Positions 48,163 through 59,196 are shown, counted from the first letter of the stretch. The stretch is DNA of 63,504 nt from Cytophagales bacterium (GCA_022360055.1 JAKSDO010000108.1:1-63504); one strand, 5' to 3'. Program-made: numbers and translations. Notes: generated by a model not told the origin, from the sequence alone.

Positions 48163-49350
48163 ATGAAATATTCGCTCATAAATATACTGTACATCGCTAT
48201 TGCCTCGGTATTGTGTGTTTCTTGCGATAAACCCGAGGATTATGTACCTGAAGCCAGTTTTATTAAAATTTACAACGATGAGTTTTTTGAAAGCTCGTAT
48301 ATCCCCTTGGACGTCGTACAGGCCATGGGCAAAGGATACTTTATACTGAGCGCGTATGATTCCTGGAATTCATATATACTTCGCGTGGACGAGCAGGGCA
48401 AATTTATGTGGGATTACAAGCTGGAAGAAAACATCGTAAATCCTATAAAAGGACTTTACTTCATAGATAGCGCATTCTATTTTTTATGCATGGACGATCT
48501 TTCCCTGACTACTTTATTGATGAAGGCTACGGATCAGTCCGGATCCGCCCGGGTGGAACGCACGTATGCGGATATCATATATCCCCTGCATTCGTCGAAG
48601 GTGGATGATGGTTTTTTACTCGTAAGTTATAATCGGGAATCCTATAGCACAAGGCTCACGAAGCTCGGTACCGACTTTGCGGTTCGATGGCACGAGGAAT
48701 ACAGTGTCGAACAAGACGTAGAAGAAGCTATTATCGGTCATTTGACAAGGATCGGGGACCGGCTTCCATTCTTTAGCGGCCAGGCAGGAAATAAGTATTT
48801 TCTGAACGGATATTATAATTACAGCATTTCCATGCTTTTTGTAAATGCGAGCGACGGAACTCAAACCGGGGCAGTCAATGGATTCAGAAGTAAGAGCGCC
48901 GTCAGCTCCGCCAGGTATCTCGACGGAAATGGCTTCGCGTTATCGCGGTTTGACTTTGGAGAAAATTATATCATCCCCAAGATCGATCTCAACACCACCG
49001 GGATTGGCATAGCCAGCGACCTCGAAGGGAATATACATCCCGAAATTGCTCCAAACGCTTTTGTTTATAATGAGATTGTTGATGTCAACGGAAAAGAGGT
49101 GATCATATACGCTACTTCCACAAAAGCCGGCCAGATGCTCTTATACGCTTATGATGCAATTAGCGGAACGTTGGTGGGTACCCATCATTTGGGAAGTACA
49201 AATCCGTATGAAGCCATTGATTTTGTGCCGACGAACGATGGGGGGCTGGCGGTTTTGGGAAATACTTATACCAACGGAAGATTTTCAAGGATAACGCTGA
49301 TTAAACTTTCCGAAAAGCAATTGATCGAATTTGTGAATCAACAGAATTGA
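48163..49350 (+). CDS. Hypothetical lipoprotein
   Basis: 395 aa. Lipobox ASVLCVSCDKPED. 13 nt after the OMP gene, so they may form a unit. Confidence 0.5.
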   Translation: MKYSLINILYIAIASVLCVSCDKPEDYVPEASFIKIYNDEFFESSYIPLDVVQAMGKGYFILSAYDSWNSYILRVDEQGKFMWDYKLEENIVNPIKGLYFIDSAFYFLCMDDLSLTTLLMKATDQSGSARVERTYADIIYPLHSSKVDDGFLLVSYNRESYSTRLTKLGTDFAVRWHEEYSVEQDVEEAIIGHLTRIGDRLPFFSGQAGNKYFLNGYYNYSISMLFVNASDGTQTGAVNGFRSKSAVSSARYLDGNGFALSRFDFGENYIIPKIDLNTTGIGIASDLEGNIHPEIAPNAFVYNEIVDVNGKEVIIYATSTKAGQMLLYAYDAISGTLVGTHHLGSTNPYEAIDFVPTNDGGLAVLGNTYTNGRFSRITLIKLSEKQLIEFVNQQN

Positions 49351-49731
49351 TCCGGTACTGCGATAAGCCGTTCACTCCGCATGGTGGCGTGAGCGCGCGC
49401 TGTTCGTGTCCATAACGCCAGCTCCGGCAAACTCGGGCGCACCTGAACGGAACCGGACTTCAAATGTCGGAAGATTATTATTTTGGCACCCTTGCCGGTT
49501 CAGGATATGGCAGCCAATCCCCGCCTTTGACCGGCATCCGGCAATAATTGCCCGCGGATCTGCGATCGATCACCAGAATCAGTTGCCGACAACTTCTTTC
49601 TCGAGGCAGAATTTCTCGAAACAGGTCTGAAAAGTCCTGTGTTTATACCTCAAATATCCTTTTTTATAAAAAAAAGTATGCTTTTAAGCTGATTTGTTAT
49701 AATTTATTTACTCAAATCAATCCCCCGAATA

Positions 49732-51636
49732 ATGGGACTCCAAACAGTTTCCATAATATCCAACAGTAAGGAGAAGGAGCGTTCTGTCAAATACCTGCTC
49801 AATGATATCAAAGCATTGGAATACATGATCGAGCGGGGCATGATCGAAGATGGTATTACGCGCATCGGGGCGGAGCAGGAATTGTGTCTGGTCGATTCAA
49901 CGTGGCGACCGGCCCCCATTATTCTCGATATTCTTCCAAAGATAAAGAACAAACAATTCACCACGGAACTCGCAAAATTCAATCTTGAAATCAATCTCGA
50001 TCCCATTGAGTTCAGGGGCGACTGCCTTTCGGTACTCGAATCGAATCTGATAAGTAAAATCGGAAAAGCTGAGGAAGTCTTGAGCGAACACGATGTCAAG
50101 GTATTATTGACAGGAATTTTGCCGACCATCAGGAACAAAGATCTGGACATATCGAATATGACGCCGCTGGACAGGTATTACGCTTTGGCCAATAGCCTGA
50201 GTAAGCTCCGGGGTGGGAAATTCGAATTCCACATCAGCGGAACGGATGAACTTATTACTGCTCACGATACGGTGATGTTTGAGAGCTGCAACACCTCCTA
50301 CCAGTTACATTTTCAGGTCAGCTCCAATCGATTTGTGGATCTCTACAATTGGGCTCAGCTCATTTCGGGGCCTGTGCTCGCATCTTCAACCAATTCGCCC
50401 CTGTTGCTGGGAAAACGTCTTTGGAGAGAGACACGAATCGCTTTATTCCAGCAATCGATTGATATTCGCCAGTCAAAAGACCATTTAAGAGAACGCAGTC
50501 CGCGTGTGTCGTTTGGCAATCGTTGGATACACGACTCCATTGTGGATGCATTTAAAGAGGATATCGTTCGCTTTGAAACCCTGCTCAGCAATGACGAAAA
50601 AACAAATTCCCTTAAACTGCTCGAAGAAGGAAAAATCCCCTCGCTTGACGCCCTGCTCGTACATAACAGCACGATTTATAAATGGAACCGCCCATGCTAT
50701 GGGATATATAATGGCAAACCTCATTTCAGGATCGAAAACAGGTATCTGGCTTCCGGACCGACCATTCCGGACCAGATGGCAAATGCTACTTTTTGGTATG
50801 GCCTGATCGCGGGTATGCCCCGGGAATACCGGGATATTCCCACAAAGTTTGAATTCGACGATGCCAAAACAAACTTTATCAAGGCGGCCAGGGATGGACT
50901 GGACAATAAGTTTCAATGGTTTGGCGATAAAAAATACAGCGCTCAGGATTTGATCGTTAGCATATTGCTTCCAATTGCAAGGGAAGGGCTTATCAACGCA
51001 GGCATCGACATAAATGATATCGACAGAAATCTTGAAATCGTTGAGGAGCGCGTCAAATCAGGGAATACCGGGTCACAGTGGATGATCGAGTCTTACAATA
51101 ATATCCGAAAAAGCGGAACCAGGGATCAGGCATTGGTTGCCACCACCGCCGCTATTTACAACCGTCAACAAGAGATGAAACCAATACATGAATGGAGCCT
51201 GGCAAATATTGACGAGGCAGGAAATTTCCTAAATTACTATTTGCACATAGATCAAATTATGACCACTGATTTGGTGACTGTCCAGGAAGATGATTTGATC
51301 GATCTTGTGGCAAATATTATGGATTGGAAACAAGTAAAAGACATACCGGTCGAAAATACCGAGGGAGAACTCGTGGGGCTGATGACTGCGGGACTTTTGG
51401 TAAACTTTCTGTGCAAAAGCAGTAAGGAGAAAAAGCAGAATTCCAGGATAAAGGATTTCATGATCAAAGATCCTGTTTCCGTATCGCCGGAAACGAGTAT
51501 CTCCGATGCCTTAAAAACAATGATCGGCACAAAGACAAGTTGCTTAACTGTCGTACAAGATAAAAAACTGGTCGGAATAGTAACGGATCGCCATTTTGTA
51601 AAGGTTTCGGCAAAGTTGATTCGGGACCTTAAATAG
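49732..51636 (+). CDS. Glutamate-cysteine-ligase family 2 (carboxylate-amine ligase) fused to a C-terminal CBS-domain pair
   Basis: 634 aa. The N-terminal ~470 aa are GCS2-like. The C-terminal CBS pair is IMTTDLVTVQEDDLIDLVANIM ... IKDPVSVSPETSISDALKTMIGTKTSCLTVVQDKKLVGIVTDRHF. Confidence 0.7.
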   Translation: MGLQTVSIISNSKEKERSVKYLLNDIKALEYMIERGMIEDGITRIGAEQELCLVDSTWRPAPIILDILPKIKNKQFTTELAKFNLEINLDPIEFRGDCLSVLESNLISKIGKAEEVLSEHDVKVLLTGILPTIRNKDLDISNMTPLDRYYALANSLSKLRGGKFEFHISGTDELITAHDTVMFESCNTSYQLHFQVSSNRFVDLYNWAQLISGPVLASSTNSPLLLGKRLWRETRIALFQQSIDIRQSKDHLRERSPRVSFGNRWIHDSIVDAFKEDIVRFETLLSNDEKTNSLKLLEEGKIPSLDALLVHNSTIYKWNRPCYGIYNGKPHFRIENRYLASGPTIPDQMANATFWYGLIAGMPREYRDIPTKFEFDDAKTNFIKAARDGLDNKFQWFGDKKYSAQDLIVSILLPIAREGLINAGIDINDIDRNLEIVEERVKSGNTGSQWMIESYNNIRKSGTRDQALVATTAAIYNRQQEMKPIHEWSLANIDEAGNFLNYYLHIDQIMTTDLVTVQEDDLIDLVANIMDWKQVKDIPVENTEGELVGLMTAGLLVNFLCKSSKEKKQNSRIKDFMIKDPVSVSPETSISDALKTMIGTKTSCLTVVQDKKLVGIVTDRHFVKVSAKLIRDLK

Positions 51637-51642
51637 ATTTTT

Positions 51643-52866
51643 TTGGACAATATAGCCAGCATAGATATCCTTCCAAAGCTCGATTCGATTCAGCGGGTGA
51701 TTGGAAAACATACCGGAAACAAGCCCGGTCCGAACCTGATATTTTTCGGCGGGATACACGGCAATGAACTTGCGGGGATTCTGGCGCTCAAAGAAGTCAT
51801 TCATGATCTCAATAATTTAAAACCGGATTTCAAAGGGAATATCTATGCGCTGGCCGGAAATCTAAAAGCCATTGAAACCGGAAAGAGATTCATAGGGAAG
51901 GACCTGAACCGGATCTGGTTTCCAAATACACTCATTCCAAAAGAGGAGCGATCGACCATACCGGAGTACAAAGAAAAAATCGATATTCTGAATCATCTCA
52001 TCGAGATCCTCAACAACAGGCGGCCGACCTATCTCATCGATCTGCACACGACCTCTTCACACAGCACCCCATTTATATCCATAAGCGATACACTGAAAAA
52101 TCGAAAAATCATAAATAACATACCCGCCCACCTGGTCCTCGGGTTAGAGGAGCTTTTGGACGGTCCGATGTTTAGCTTTTTTAGCGAATTAGGCTTACCG
52201 GCCATATTATTTGAGGCCGGACAGCACGATGCAATTTCTTCATATGAAAATCACATCGCATTCATCTGGATGATCCTGGCGCAATTAAAATGCCTTCAAA
52301 AGAGAAAAATTCCTCGATACCGCAATTGCGTGGAGACCCTTCGAAAGAGCAGCCCCGGAGGCAACAAATCCTTTGAGATAAAATTCAGGCATCTCATCGG
52401 TGAGCAGGAACATTTCAGAATGAAAGACGGGTTTGTGAATTTTCAAAAAATTGAAAAAGGAGAAACAATTGCCTACAACAAGGACGGCAAAATCAAATCC
52501 AGAAGAAAAGGATATATATTTATGCCTCTTTATCAATCCCAGGGATGCGATGGTTTTTTTCTGGTGAAAGAAATCAAACCGTTTTGGTTCAAGTTATCTT
52601 CAAGGACCAGGAAATGGAAAATGGATAAATTAATTGCGCTCTTTCCCGGAGTGCACAAAACCAAAAATGGAACAAATGCCTACCTGATCGATAAAAATGC
52701 TGTCAGAAATAAAATAATTTCGTTGCTGCACCTGCTGGGATTTCGGAAAGTTTATGACAACGGGCAGTCATTAAAAATGTCCCGAAGACCCTATGACACC
52801 CGGTTTCCCAAAACAGAGAAGGTGCTTGAAAACATCAGAAAATACCTTGATCTCCTCACAAGCTGA
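51643..52866 (+). CDS. Succinylglutamate desuccinylase/aspartoacylase (AstE/AspA) family zinc deacylase
   Basis: 407 aa. FFGGIHGNELAG zinc-binding motif. 6-nt gap to the upstream ligase gene. Confidence 0.75.
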   Translation: MDNIASIDILPKLDSIQRVIGKHTGNKPGPNLIFFGGIHGNELAGILALKEVIHDLNNLKPDFKGNIYALAGNLKAIETGKRFIGKDLNRIWFPNTLIPKEERSTIPEYKEKIDILNHLIEILNNRRPTYLIDLHTTSSHSTPFISISDTLKNRKIINNIPAHLVLGLEELLDGPMFSFFSELGLPAILFEAGQHDAISSYENHIAFIWMILAQLKCLQKRKIPRYRNCVETLRKSSPGGNKSFEIKFRHLIGEQEHFRMKDGFVNFQKIEKGETIAYNKDGKIKSRRKGYIFMPLYQSQGCDGFFLVKEIKPFWFKLSSRTRKWKMDKLIALFPGVHKTKNGTNAYLIDKNAVRNKIISLLHLLGFRKVYDNGQSLKMSRRPYDTRFPKTEKVLENIRKYLDLLTS

Positions 52867-52877
52867 CACACAACAAA

Positions 52878-54026
52878 TCACAATACGCTCCACCAGTACG
52901 TGTCTTTGTCGCTGTATTTTCCAGGTGAAAAGCGCTCCCCTATCCCCGGAGTTATGATTTTTATGCCGTTTGATTGTGCCGCTTTTACCGCGCGCTCAAC
53001 CGGGTCGGTCCAGGTGTGCAAAGACAAATTGAACGCGCTCCAATGTATCGGCATCATGGATGCACTCTGCACGTCCATGGTCGCCCGGACGGTTTGCTCC
53101 GGCAGCATATGAATCTCTTCCCATTTTTCATTGTATTGCCCGCATTCCATCATGGCAAAATCGAAAGGTCCGTGTTTCTCACCAATTTCTTTAAAGTGGG
53201 GGCCATATCCGCTGTCCCCGCTAAAATAGATCTTTTCATGATTTCCCCGTAAGACCCAGGACGCCCATTGAGTCTTGTTCCTATCAGTAAGTCCCCTGCC
53301 CGAAAAATGCCTGGCAGGAGCAGCGGTTATTTCGATATTATCAATGTTTGACGATTCCCACCAGTCCAGCTCCGTAATTTTTTCTTTGCCGATACCCCAT
53401 TCTTTCAAGTGCGACCCGACGCCAAGGGGGGTGTAATAATGATTGACCCGGTCTTTAAGCTTCATTATCGATGTATAGTCCAGGTGATCGTAATGGTCGT
53501 GAGAGAGGATCACGGCATCTATTTTGGGCAGCAATTCTACATCTATCGGCTTCGCGTATTTAAATCGTTTTGCCATAAAAGATACCGGAGAAGCGGCATC
53601 TCCGAACATTGGATCCAAAAGGATGTGTTTTCCATCCATTTTTACGGATATCGCCGAATGTCCGTACCAGGTTATAACTGAAAATGTGTCCGCGTGGCTA
53701 ATCTCCGTGTTTTCAAAATAAACCGGTATGGCTTTGCCCGGCTTTCTGTCTTTTCCTTTAAACATCCATTCAAACAAAACATTTGCCCCATCCTTAAAGT
53801 CCATGTCCATACTTGTGGGAATGGGATTTACAAATTTGTCGCCATCATAGTTGGCGGACTTGCTTATACGTTCCAGGTGCATACCCGATGGTGGAGCCCC
53901 GAACTGAAATGAGAAATTCATAAACGCCATGATGCCAATAAAACATAAACCTGCAACAATAACAAGGACGGCAAGTAACCGTAAAACCAATCTTTTTGCC
54001 ATAATATACTTGTACCTCTTACGCAT
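52878..54026 (-). CDS. MBL-fold metallo-hydrolase (NAPE-PLD-like)
   Basis: 382 aa. HxHxDH motif in ILSHDHYDHLD. N-terminal TM/signal. Confidence 0.8.
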   Translation of the reverse strand: MRKRYKYIMAKRLVLRLLAVLVIVAGLCFIGIMAFMNFSFQFGAPPSGMHLERISKSANYDGDKFVNPIPTSMDMDFKDGANVLFEWMFKGKDRKPGKAIPVYFENTEISHADTFSVITWYGHSAISVKMDGKHILLDPMFGDAASPVSFMAKRFKYAKPIDVELLPKIDAVILSHDHYDHLDYTSIMKLKDRVNHYYTPLGVGSHLKEWGIGKEKITELDWWESSNIDNIEITAAPARHFSGRGLTDRNKTQWASWVLRGNHEKIYFSGDSGYGPHFKEIGEKHGPFDFAMMECGQYNEKWEEIHMLPEQTVRATMDVQSASMMPIHWSAFNLSLHTWTDPVERAVKAAQSNGIKIITPGIGERFSPGKYSDKDTYWWSVL

Positions 54027-54261
54027 TGCCTCCGGATATGTTTAAAAAACAACATTTAAAAGTGGATATAGTACAACAAAAAACCGAAATAGTTACAGAT
54101 CGGGCCAGTTAAATATTTTGACTTAATTCGTTTACATAAATTTATCTATCACAAAATTGCCTTTAACCATAATTTTATATTATTTCACATCAAAATCAAA
54201 ACATATTATTTGTTTTGATCTTTGACTTGTTGTATCATTAGAATAATTCAAACTTACAAAC

Positions 54262-54561
54262 ATGAACCAGAATCAGTTGTTGACTCCTGATCATGCGCAC
54301 ATATCCAGCATCAGGTTCAAAAAGGATGATGTATTGACTTCCATGCAGGATAAGAACGACCGCTTACGGAAGTTGATCTCCGCGATGAAATTGGGCAATA
54401 TTCACAAGCAAAAAGTAAAGATTCATTTTGTGGATGTCAATGACCAATTGCTTGAAATCAAGGCAAAAGTGTGGTCGGTTACGGAAAAATATGTGATCCT
54501 TAGAAACAGCATTGCAATCCCCATTTCCAGCGTCAGGGATGTAAATTATCATTCAACCTGA
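54262..54561 (+). CDS. Hypothetical small protein
   Basis: 99-aa ORF preceded by a 9-bp inverted repeat (ATCAAAACA-N7-TGTTTTGAT, ~54196-54222). No recognisable domain. Confidence 0.35.
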   Translation: MNQNQLLTPDHAHISSIRFKKDDVLTSMQDKNDRLRKLISAMKLGNIHKQKVKIHFVDVNDQLLEIKAKVWSVTEKYVILRNSIAIPISSVRDVNYHST

Positions 54562-54799
54562 TGGTTAGACCTTCTTAAACCCATCATTACCAAGCCGGTT
54601 TCAGATCTGTTCGATTTATGTTGCGAAGCCTAACTTTTTATTTAACACTGGAAAAAATATTTAGGTTATGATATCCCAAATCCCACAGAAGTACCGATGG
54701 ATCCGGGATATCTATCTCGGATCAAGAGCTCAACGAAAGTACTGCGAAGCCCGGTATTTTGGCGCTGAAAATATTACCCGATCGGATTTCCGGCCGTCT

Positions 54800-55000
54800 C
54801 TAGATCGCTTTTAATACCCGAAAAGGGAAAAGGATAATTCCTCCGACGATCTTAAAGATCAACTCAATTGTAAATCCCAATATCTTAAACGGGATAAGTA
54901 TGAGCCACGCAAAAAGGAAGAGAAAAAACAGAACCAGCGCAAGCGGCCAGCACAGAACAAAAAGTATACAAAATAAAAGCAGCGCGATTATCGTTTTCAT
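54800..55000 (-). CDS. Small membrane protein (2 TM)
   Basis: 66 aa, almost entirely hydrophobic. Its 5' leader is conserved-element copy B. Confidence 0.45.
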   Translation of the reverse strand: MKTIIALLLFCILFVLCWPLALVLFFLFLFAWLILIPFKILGFTIELIFKIVGGIILFPFRVLKAI

Positions 55001-55098
55001 GCGTTTACATTTTCATAGTTTGCCGACACCCGGAGCAATATAGTCATGCTTGTGTGTGTCCTGAAATTGCTCCGGTCCTGCCGGTTTCATTATACGGA
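55001..55098 (-). promoter_or_regulatory. Conserved ~95-nt leader element, copy B (immediately 5' of the small membrane protein ATG)
   Basis: See copy A (29824..29925). Same orientation and same spacing to a minus-strand ATG, with a TATAAT box at the distal end. Confidence 0.4.
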
Positions 55099-55296
55099 AT
55101 TTTTGCATGTGGAATCAAGAATCGAGCCTTTTGCACAAGCATCACGGATTCAACGGATTAGCAATATCTCAACGGAATAAAATCGAAAAATCGGACAAAA
55201 AACTGTTCTAAAACGAACGCTTGTTTTGTTCCGGTCTGCAATTACAGGCTGTGCTATTATTCGACCTTGTCGGGACGGAATCCCGCAAGCGTATGT

Positions 55297-56166
55297 TCAG
55301 TACTGATGAAATGCCATGGAAACAAATCCGAGGACTTCCGGCAATGACGCCCTCCAATACGTCCAGGTATGACCGCCATCCCGAATGCGAAATTCATGTG
55401 GAATTTTACGTTTTTTCATGGCAATATGAACGAGGGCATTGCCTTCATATAAAAAATCGTCATCTCCACAATCGATATACCAGCGAACGGATTTGATCTT
55501 TTCCACCTCCATATTGCGCATCAGATGTACTATACTGTGCGACTCAAAATATCTTTTCCTTTCTTCATTCGTATAGGTTCGGCCGGACCTTCTCTCCAGG
55601 TATCCTGCTGTTTCTTCCTGCGTTAACGGGCCTGTGCTGGCGCTTAGCGGACAAGCAGAGGAAAAAAGCTCCGGATGGTGCAGGGCGTACGTAAAAGATC
55701 CGCCACCTCCCATGGAAAGCCCGGCAATTGCCCGATACCTCTTCTCGCTTTTTATCCGGTATTTTTTTTCTACATAAGGCATGAACTCCCGGATAAAAAA
55801 ATCCTCGTAATTCCAGTCTCCCTTAGGGTCATTAAAATACCCTCTCCTGCCTGTATTGGCATCAGGCATAACGATGATCATCGGAGTTGAGCGGCCATTA
55901 TTAATCGCCTTATCGGCAATATGTCGTACCTCTCCAAATTGCACCCATCCTGTCTGGTCATCGCCGCTGCCGTGCAATAGATATAAGACCGGATAACTTC
56001 TTTCGGATGTTTCATAGTCCGGGGGCAGGTAGACGGCATATTTGCGCTCTCCGTTAAGAATTTCACTCTTAAAAGATAAGTTGTCCGATACCTTGCCGTG
56101 CTGCGCAAAAATATCGGCAAAGCAAAATACCGTAAACAGAATAAAAACCGATTGTAATCGTATCAT
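55297..56166 (-). CDS. Esterase (alpha/beta hydrolase, enterochelin-esterase/S-formylglutathione-hydrolase-like)
   Basis: 289 aa. Signal peptide. LHGSGDDQTGW and nucleophile elbow GLSMGGGGS. Confidence 0.8.
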   Translation of the reverse strand: MIRLQSVFILFTVFCFADIFAQHGKVSDNLSFKSEILNGERKYAVYLPPDYETSERSYPVLYLLHGSGDDQTGWVQFGEVRHIADKAINNGRSTPMIIVMPDANTGRRGYFNDPKGDWNYEDFFIREFMPYVEKKYRIKSEKRYRAIAGLSMGGGGSFTYALHHPELFSSACPLSASTGPLTQEETAGYLERRSGRTYTNEERKRYFESHSIVHLMRNMEVEKIKSVRWYIDCGDDDFLYEGNALVHIAMKKRKIPHEFRIRDGGHTWTYWRASLPEVLGFVSMAFHQY

Positions 56167-56363
56167 AAAAAAACAGTTTGATCATGTAACAGAACCTTTC
56201 ATAGATTGTAAATATCGAATAATCCCGATTCATTGTTGCCATCTCCGGCATTTTTTTTGAGCTGCCACTAAGAGATCGGCAATTGTTCAAAAAAAATCCT
56301 GAAAAGCAGGTGACCTTTTGATCTCCGGATCATTAAAGGCACGAACTCAACTGAAATTTACAG

Positions 56364-56789
56364 ATGGCAGCAATTGAAAACCAGTTATTGAAAATAGAGA
56401 AGTCAGGAAATCTGTTTGAAACAGCATCTGTTGGATTCGAGGTGACATTCACCTCCAGGGAAATCGAAGAAAACATACAATTTGGAATCTTTATGCTGCT
56501 CATGGAGCGGGATGAAGAATTTGAAAAATACCATAATTCGACAAACGGCGTATTCTCTTTTAGTTTCTCTCCATTTAATCTGACCAACAAAGGGAACCAC
56601 ATCTGCTGGATGGCCAATAAGACGATTCAACCAAATGGCTCTCCAAGCATCAGAGTTCAATTCAACAATGAAGTAGTTGCCCAGGAAGGGCTATGTGATC
56701 AAAGCAACTACAGAGTATATATATTTGTCATGCCAGAGGTACTCTGCGGTCAGGCATGGACAAATGAAGTTTGCGTAAACTATAAATAG
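56364..56789 (+). CDS. Hypothetical protein
   Basis: 141-aa ORF with no recognisable motif. Confidence 0.4.
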   Translation: MAAIENQLLKIEKSGNLFETASVGFEVTFTSREIEENIQFGIFMLLMERDEEFEKYHNSTNGVFSFSFSPFNLTNKGNHICWMANKTIQPNGSPSIRVQFNNEVVAQEGLCDQSNYRVYIFVMPEVLCGQAWTNEVCVNYK

Positions 56790-56856
56790 AACCCCTCTTC
56801 AACTTTAACCATACAACCAACCTGAAATCCCTGTCGATAAGTTTCGCAGGGATTTT

Positions 56857-57057
56857 TTATTTTCTGCCGATAAAATAGTAGACGATCGCGGTGATAACGC
56901 TAAACAGAATCGCAAAGATCGACCAGATCATTTTTCCTGCCGTGCTCAATTTCTTATTGACCGCCCAAACGTCATAGATTACCCATACAGCACAAATTAC
57001 TCCGATGATATAAAAAATGGTACCCATAATTTTATGTTTAATAGTGGCTTTTGACAA
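56857..57057 (-). CDS. Small 2-TM membrane protein (PLDc_N-like)
   Basis: 66 aa. Pattern IIGVICAVWVIYDVW ... IFAILFSVITAIVYYFIGRK resembles PLD-nuclease N-terminal-type small membrane proteins. Confidence 0.45.
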   Translation of the reverse strand: MSKATIKHKIMGTIFYIIGVICAVWVIYDVWAVNKKLSTAGKMIWSIFAILFSVITAIVYYFIGRK

Positions 57058-58649
57058 AAGATCATTATTCTTATGGGATCAATATAGCACATTTGATTAA
57101 ATTGCGGATTAAAATCCAAATCAAAATGAAACATACTTTTTTCGCCTTGTTTATAATTATTTTTATTTCCTGCAACAGGCCTGCCGACCATACTTTGAAG
57201 CCAAACATCATCTATATCCTTGCCGATGATTTAGGCTATGCAGAGTTGGGAGCTTACGGACAGGAAAAAATTGAAACACCCCATATCGATCGTTTGGCAG
57301 AAACAGGAATTAAATTCGCTCAGCACTATGCCGGTTCCCCGGTATGTGCCCCTTCCCGGTGTGTGCTGCTGACAGGGAAGCATAGCGGACGCGCCCAGAT
57401 TCGTGGTAATGACGAATGGCCGTCACGCGGTGAAGTATGGGACTATGTATCCATGATCAAGGATTCTACCCTGGAAGGTCAGCGACCGCTTAAACGCGGT
57501 ACAGTTACGATCGGGACTTTGTTGAAGGAAGCCGGATACACCACGGCCGCGGTCGGCAAATGGGGACTTGGCGCTCCGCACACTGAGGGAATCCCCAATA
57601 AACAGGGATTTGATCTGTTCTACGGTTACAACTGCCAAAGGCAAGCACATACTTATTATCCGGTTCATCTCTATAAGAACGAAAACCGGGTGTACCTCGA
57701 TAACGATACCATACCTCCTCATACCAAACTGGACAAAGATGCCGACCCGCTTGATCCGGGCAGCTACGCCAGATTTACGCTCAACAATTACTCGCCCGAC
57801 CTCATGTTTAAAGAAATTCAGGCATTTGTAATGGAAAATAAAGACAATCCGTTCTTTCTTTACTGGGCGACTCCAATCCCCCATGCCCCCTTCCAAGTAA
57901 CCGACGAATGGGTAAAGAAATATGTGGACAAATTCGGGGATGAAGATCCGTACCTTTCAAAAAGCGGATATTTCCCGCACCGGTATCCTCACGCTGCCTA
58001 TGCGGGCATGATCTCTTACATGGATGATCAGGTAGGGCAACTCGTGGCGCAGTTGAAGCGCCTGGGCATTTATGAAAATACATTGATTATGTTCAGCTCA
58101 GATAATGGGCCTACGTTCAACGGCGGATCGGATTCGGAGTGGTTTGATAGCGCCAAACCGTTTAAGAGCGATCAGGGGTGGGGAAAAGGGAGTTTACGTG
58201 AAGGCGGTATACGAGTGCCAATGATCGCATCCTGGCCGGCAAAAATCTTGCCGGGAACCACTACGGATCATGTTTCCGCCTTTTATGATGTATTGCCTAC
58301 TTTGGCCGAGGTCGCCGGAATCTCTACGGATTACAAATCCGACGGAATAAGCTTTTTGTCCGTATTACTCGATGACGGCGGCCAAAAAGCACACGATTTT
58401 TTGTATTGGGAATTTCCAGCCTATAATGGCCAACAGGCTGTAAGGATGGGAAAATGGAAAGGCATCCGGATGAATATATTTAAAGGTGACATGAAAATTG
58501 AGCTTTTCGATCTTGAAAATGACCCTCGCGAACAACATGATGTCGCCGGTGAGTATCCTGAAGTTGTTTCCAAAATTGAACGCATCATGGAAAAAGAGCA
58601 TACGGTTGCAGATAATGAAAGATTTAAAATCAAAGAGCTTGGGGATTAA
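57051..58649 (+). CDS. Sulfatase (arylsulfatase family), secreted/lipoprotein
   Basis: Sulfatase signature SPVCAPSRCVLLTGKH (C-x-P-x-R). Probable true start is the internal MKHTFFALFIIIFISC at ~57126. Confidence 0.85.
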   Translation: MTKDHYSYGINIAHLIKLRIKIQIKMKHTFFALFIIIFISCNRPADHTLKPNIIYILADDLGYAELGAYGQEKIETPHIDRLAETGIKFAQHYAGSPVCAPSRCVLLTGKHSGRAQIRGNDEWPSRGEVWDYVSMIKDSTLEGQRPLKRGTVTIGTLLKEAGYTTAAVGKWGLGAPHTEGIPNKQGFDLFYGYNCQRQAHTYYPVHLYKNENRVYLDNDTIPPHTKLDKDADPLDPGSYARFTLNNYSPDLMFKEIQAFVMENKDNPFFLYWATPIPHAPFQVTDEWVKKYVDKFGDEDPYLSKSGYFPHRYPHAAYAGMISYMDDQVGQLVAQLKRLGIYENTLIMFSSDNGPTFNGGSDSEWFDSAKPFKSDQGWGKGSLREGGIRVPMIASWPAKILPGTTTDHVSAFYDVLPTLAEVAGISTDYKSDGISFLSVLLDDGGQKAHDFLYWEFPAYNGQQAVRMGKWKGIRMNIFKGDMKIELFDLENDPREQHDVAGEYPEVVSKIERIMEKEHTVADNERFKIKELGD

Positions 58650-58752
58650 CCGGAAGTGTAAAGTAAAAAGTGACGTGTCATTTATCTTTATGGCGTCTAT
58701 CATTATTTTCGAATCTGTCAAACCTTATTGATTTCAATCGGTTTATTTTTCC

Positions 58753-59196
58753 ATGATGGATTGGAACGATGTAATCAAATTTGCGAATAACGGAAGCCCG
58801 GCTCCGGATAAACGCGTCGAAAAATCTGACGAAGAGTGGAGATCGCTATTGACACCCGAGCAGTTCAGGATCGCTAGAAAAAAAGGAACTGAAGTCGCTT
58901 TTACAGGAGCGTATTGCAGCGCGCACGATCCTGGAAAATACAACTGCATTTGTTGCGGTAGTCCGCTTTTTGATGCCTCAATAAAATTCGAGAGCAAATC
59001 CGGATGGCCAAGCTTTACGGAACCCGTAAAGAACAATGCCATAAAGTACGAAAAGGACGTTTCCTTTGGCATGATACGGGTGGAGGTTATGTGCAATGTT
59101 TGTGACGCGCACCTCGGACACGTATTCCCGGACGGCCCCCCTCCGACCGGATTGCGGTTTTGCATAAATTCAGCCTCCATACAATTGGAGCAATAA
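58753..59196 (+). CDS. msrB: Peptide-methionine (R)-S-oxide reductase MsrB
   Basis: 147 aa. GHVFPDGPPPTGLRFCINSASI catalytic-Cys motif plus two CxxC zinc pairs (CAHD...C; CNVC). Confidence 0.9.
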   Translation: MMDWNDVIKFANNGSPAPDKRVEKSDEEWRSLLTPEQFRIARKKGTEVAFTGAYCSAHDPGKYNCICCGSPLFDASIKFESKSGWPSFTEPVKNNAIKYEKDVSFGMIRVEVMCNVCDAHLGHVFPDGPPPTGLRFCINSASIQLEQ

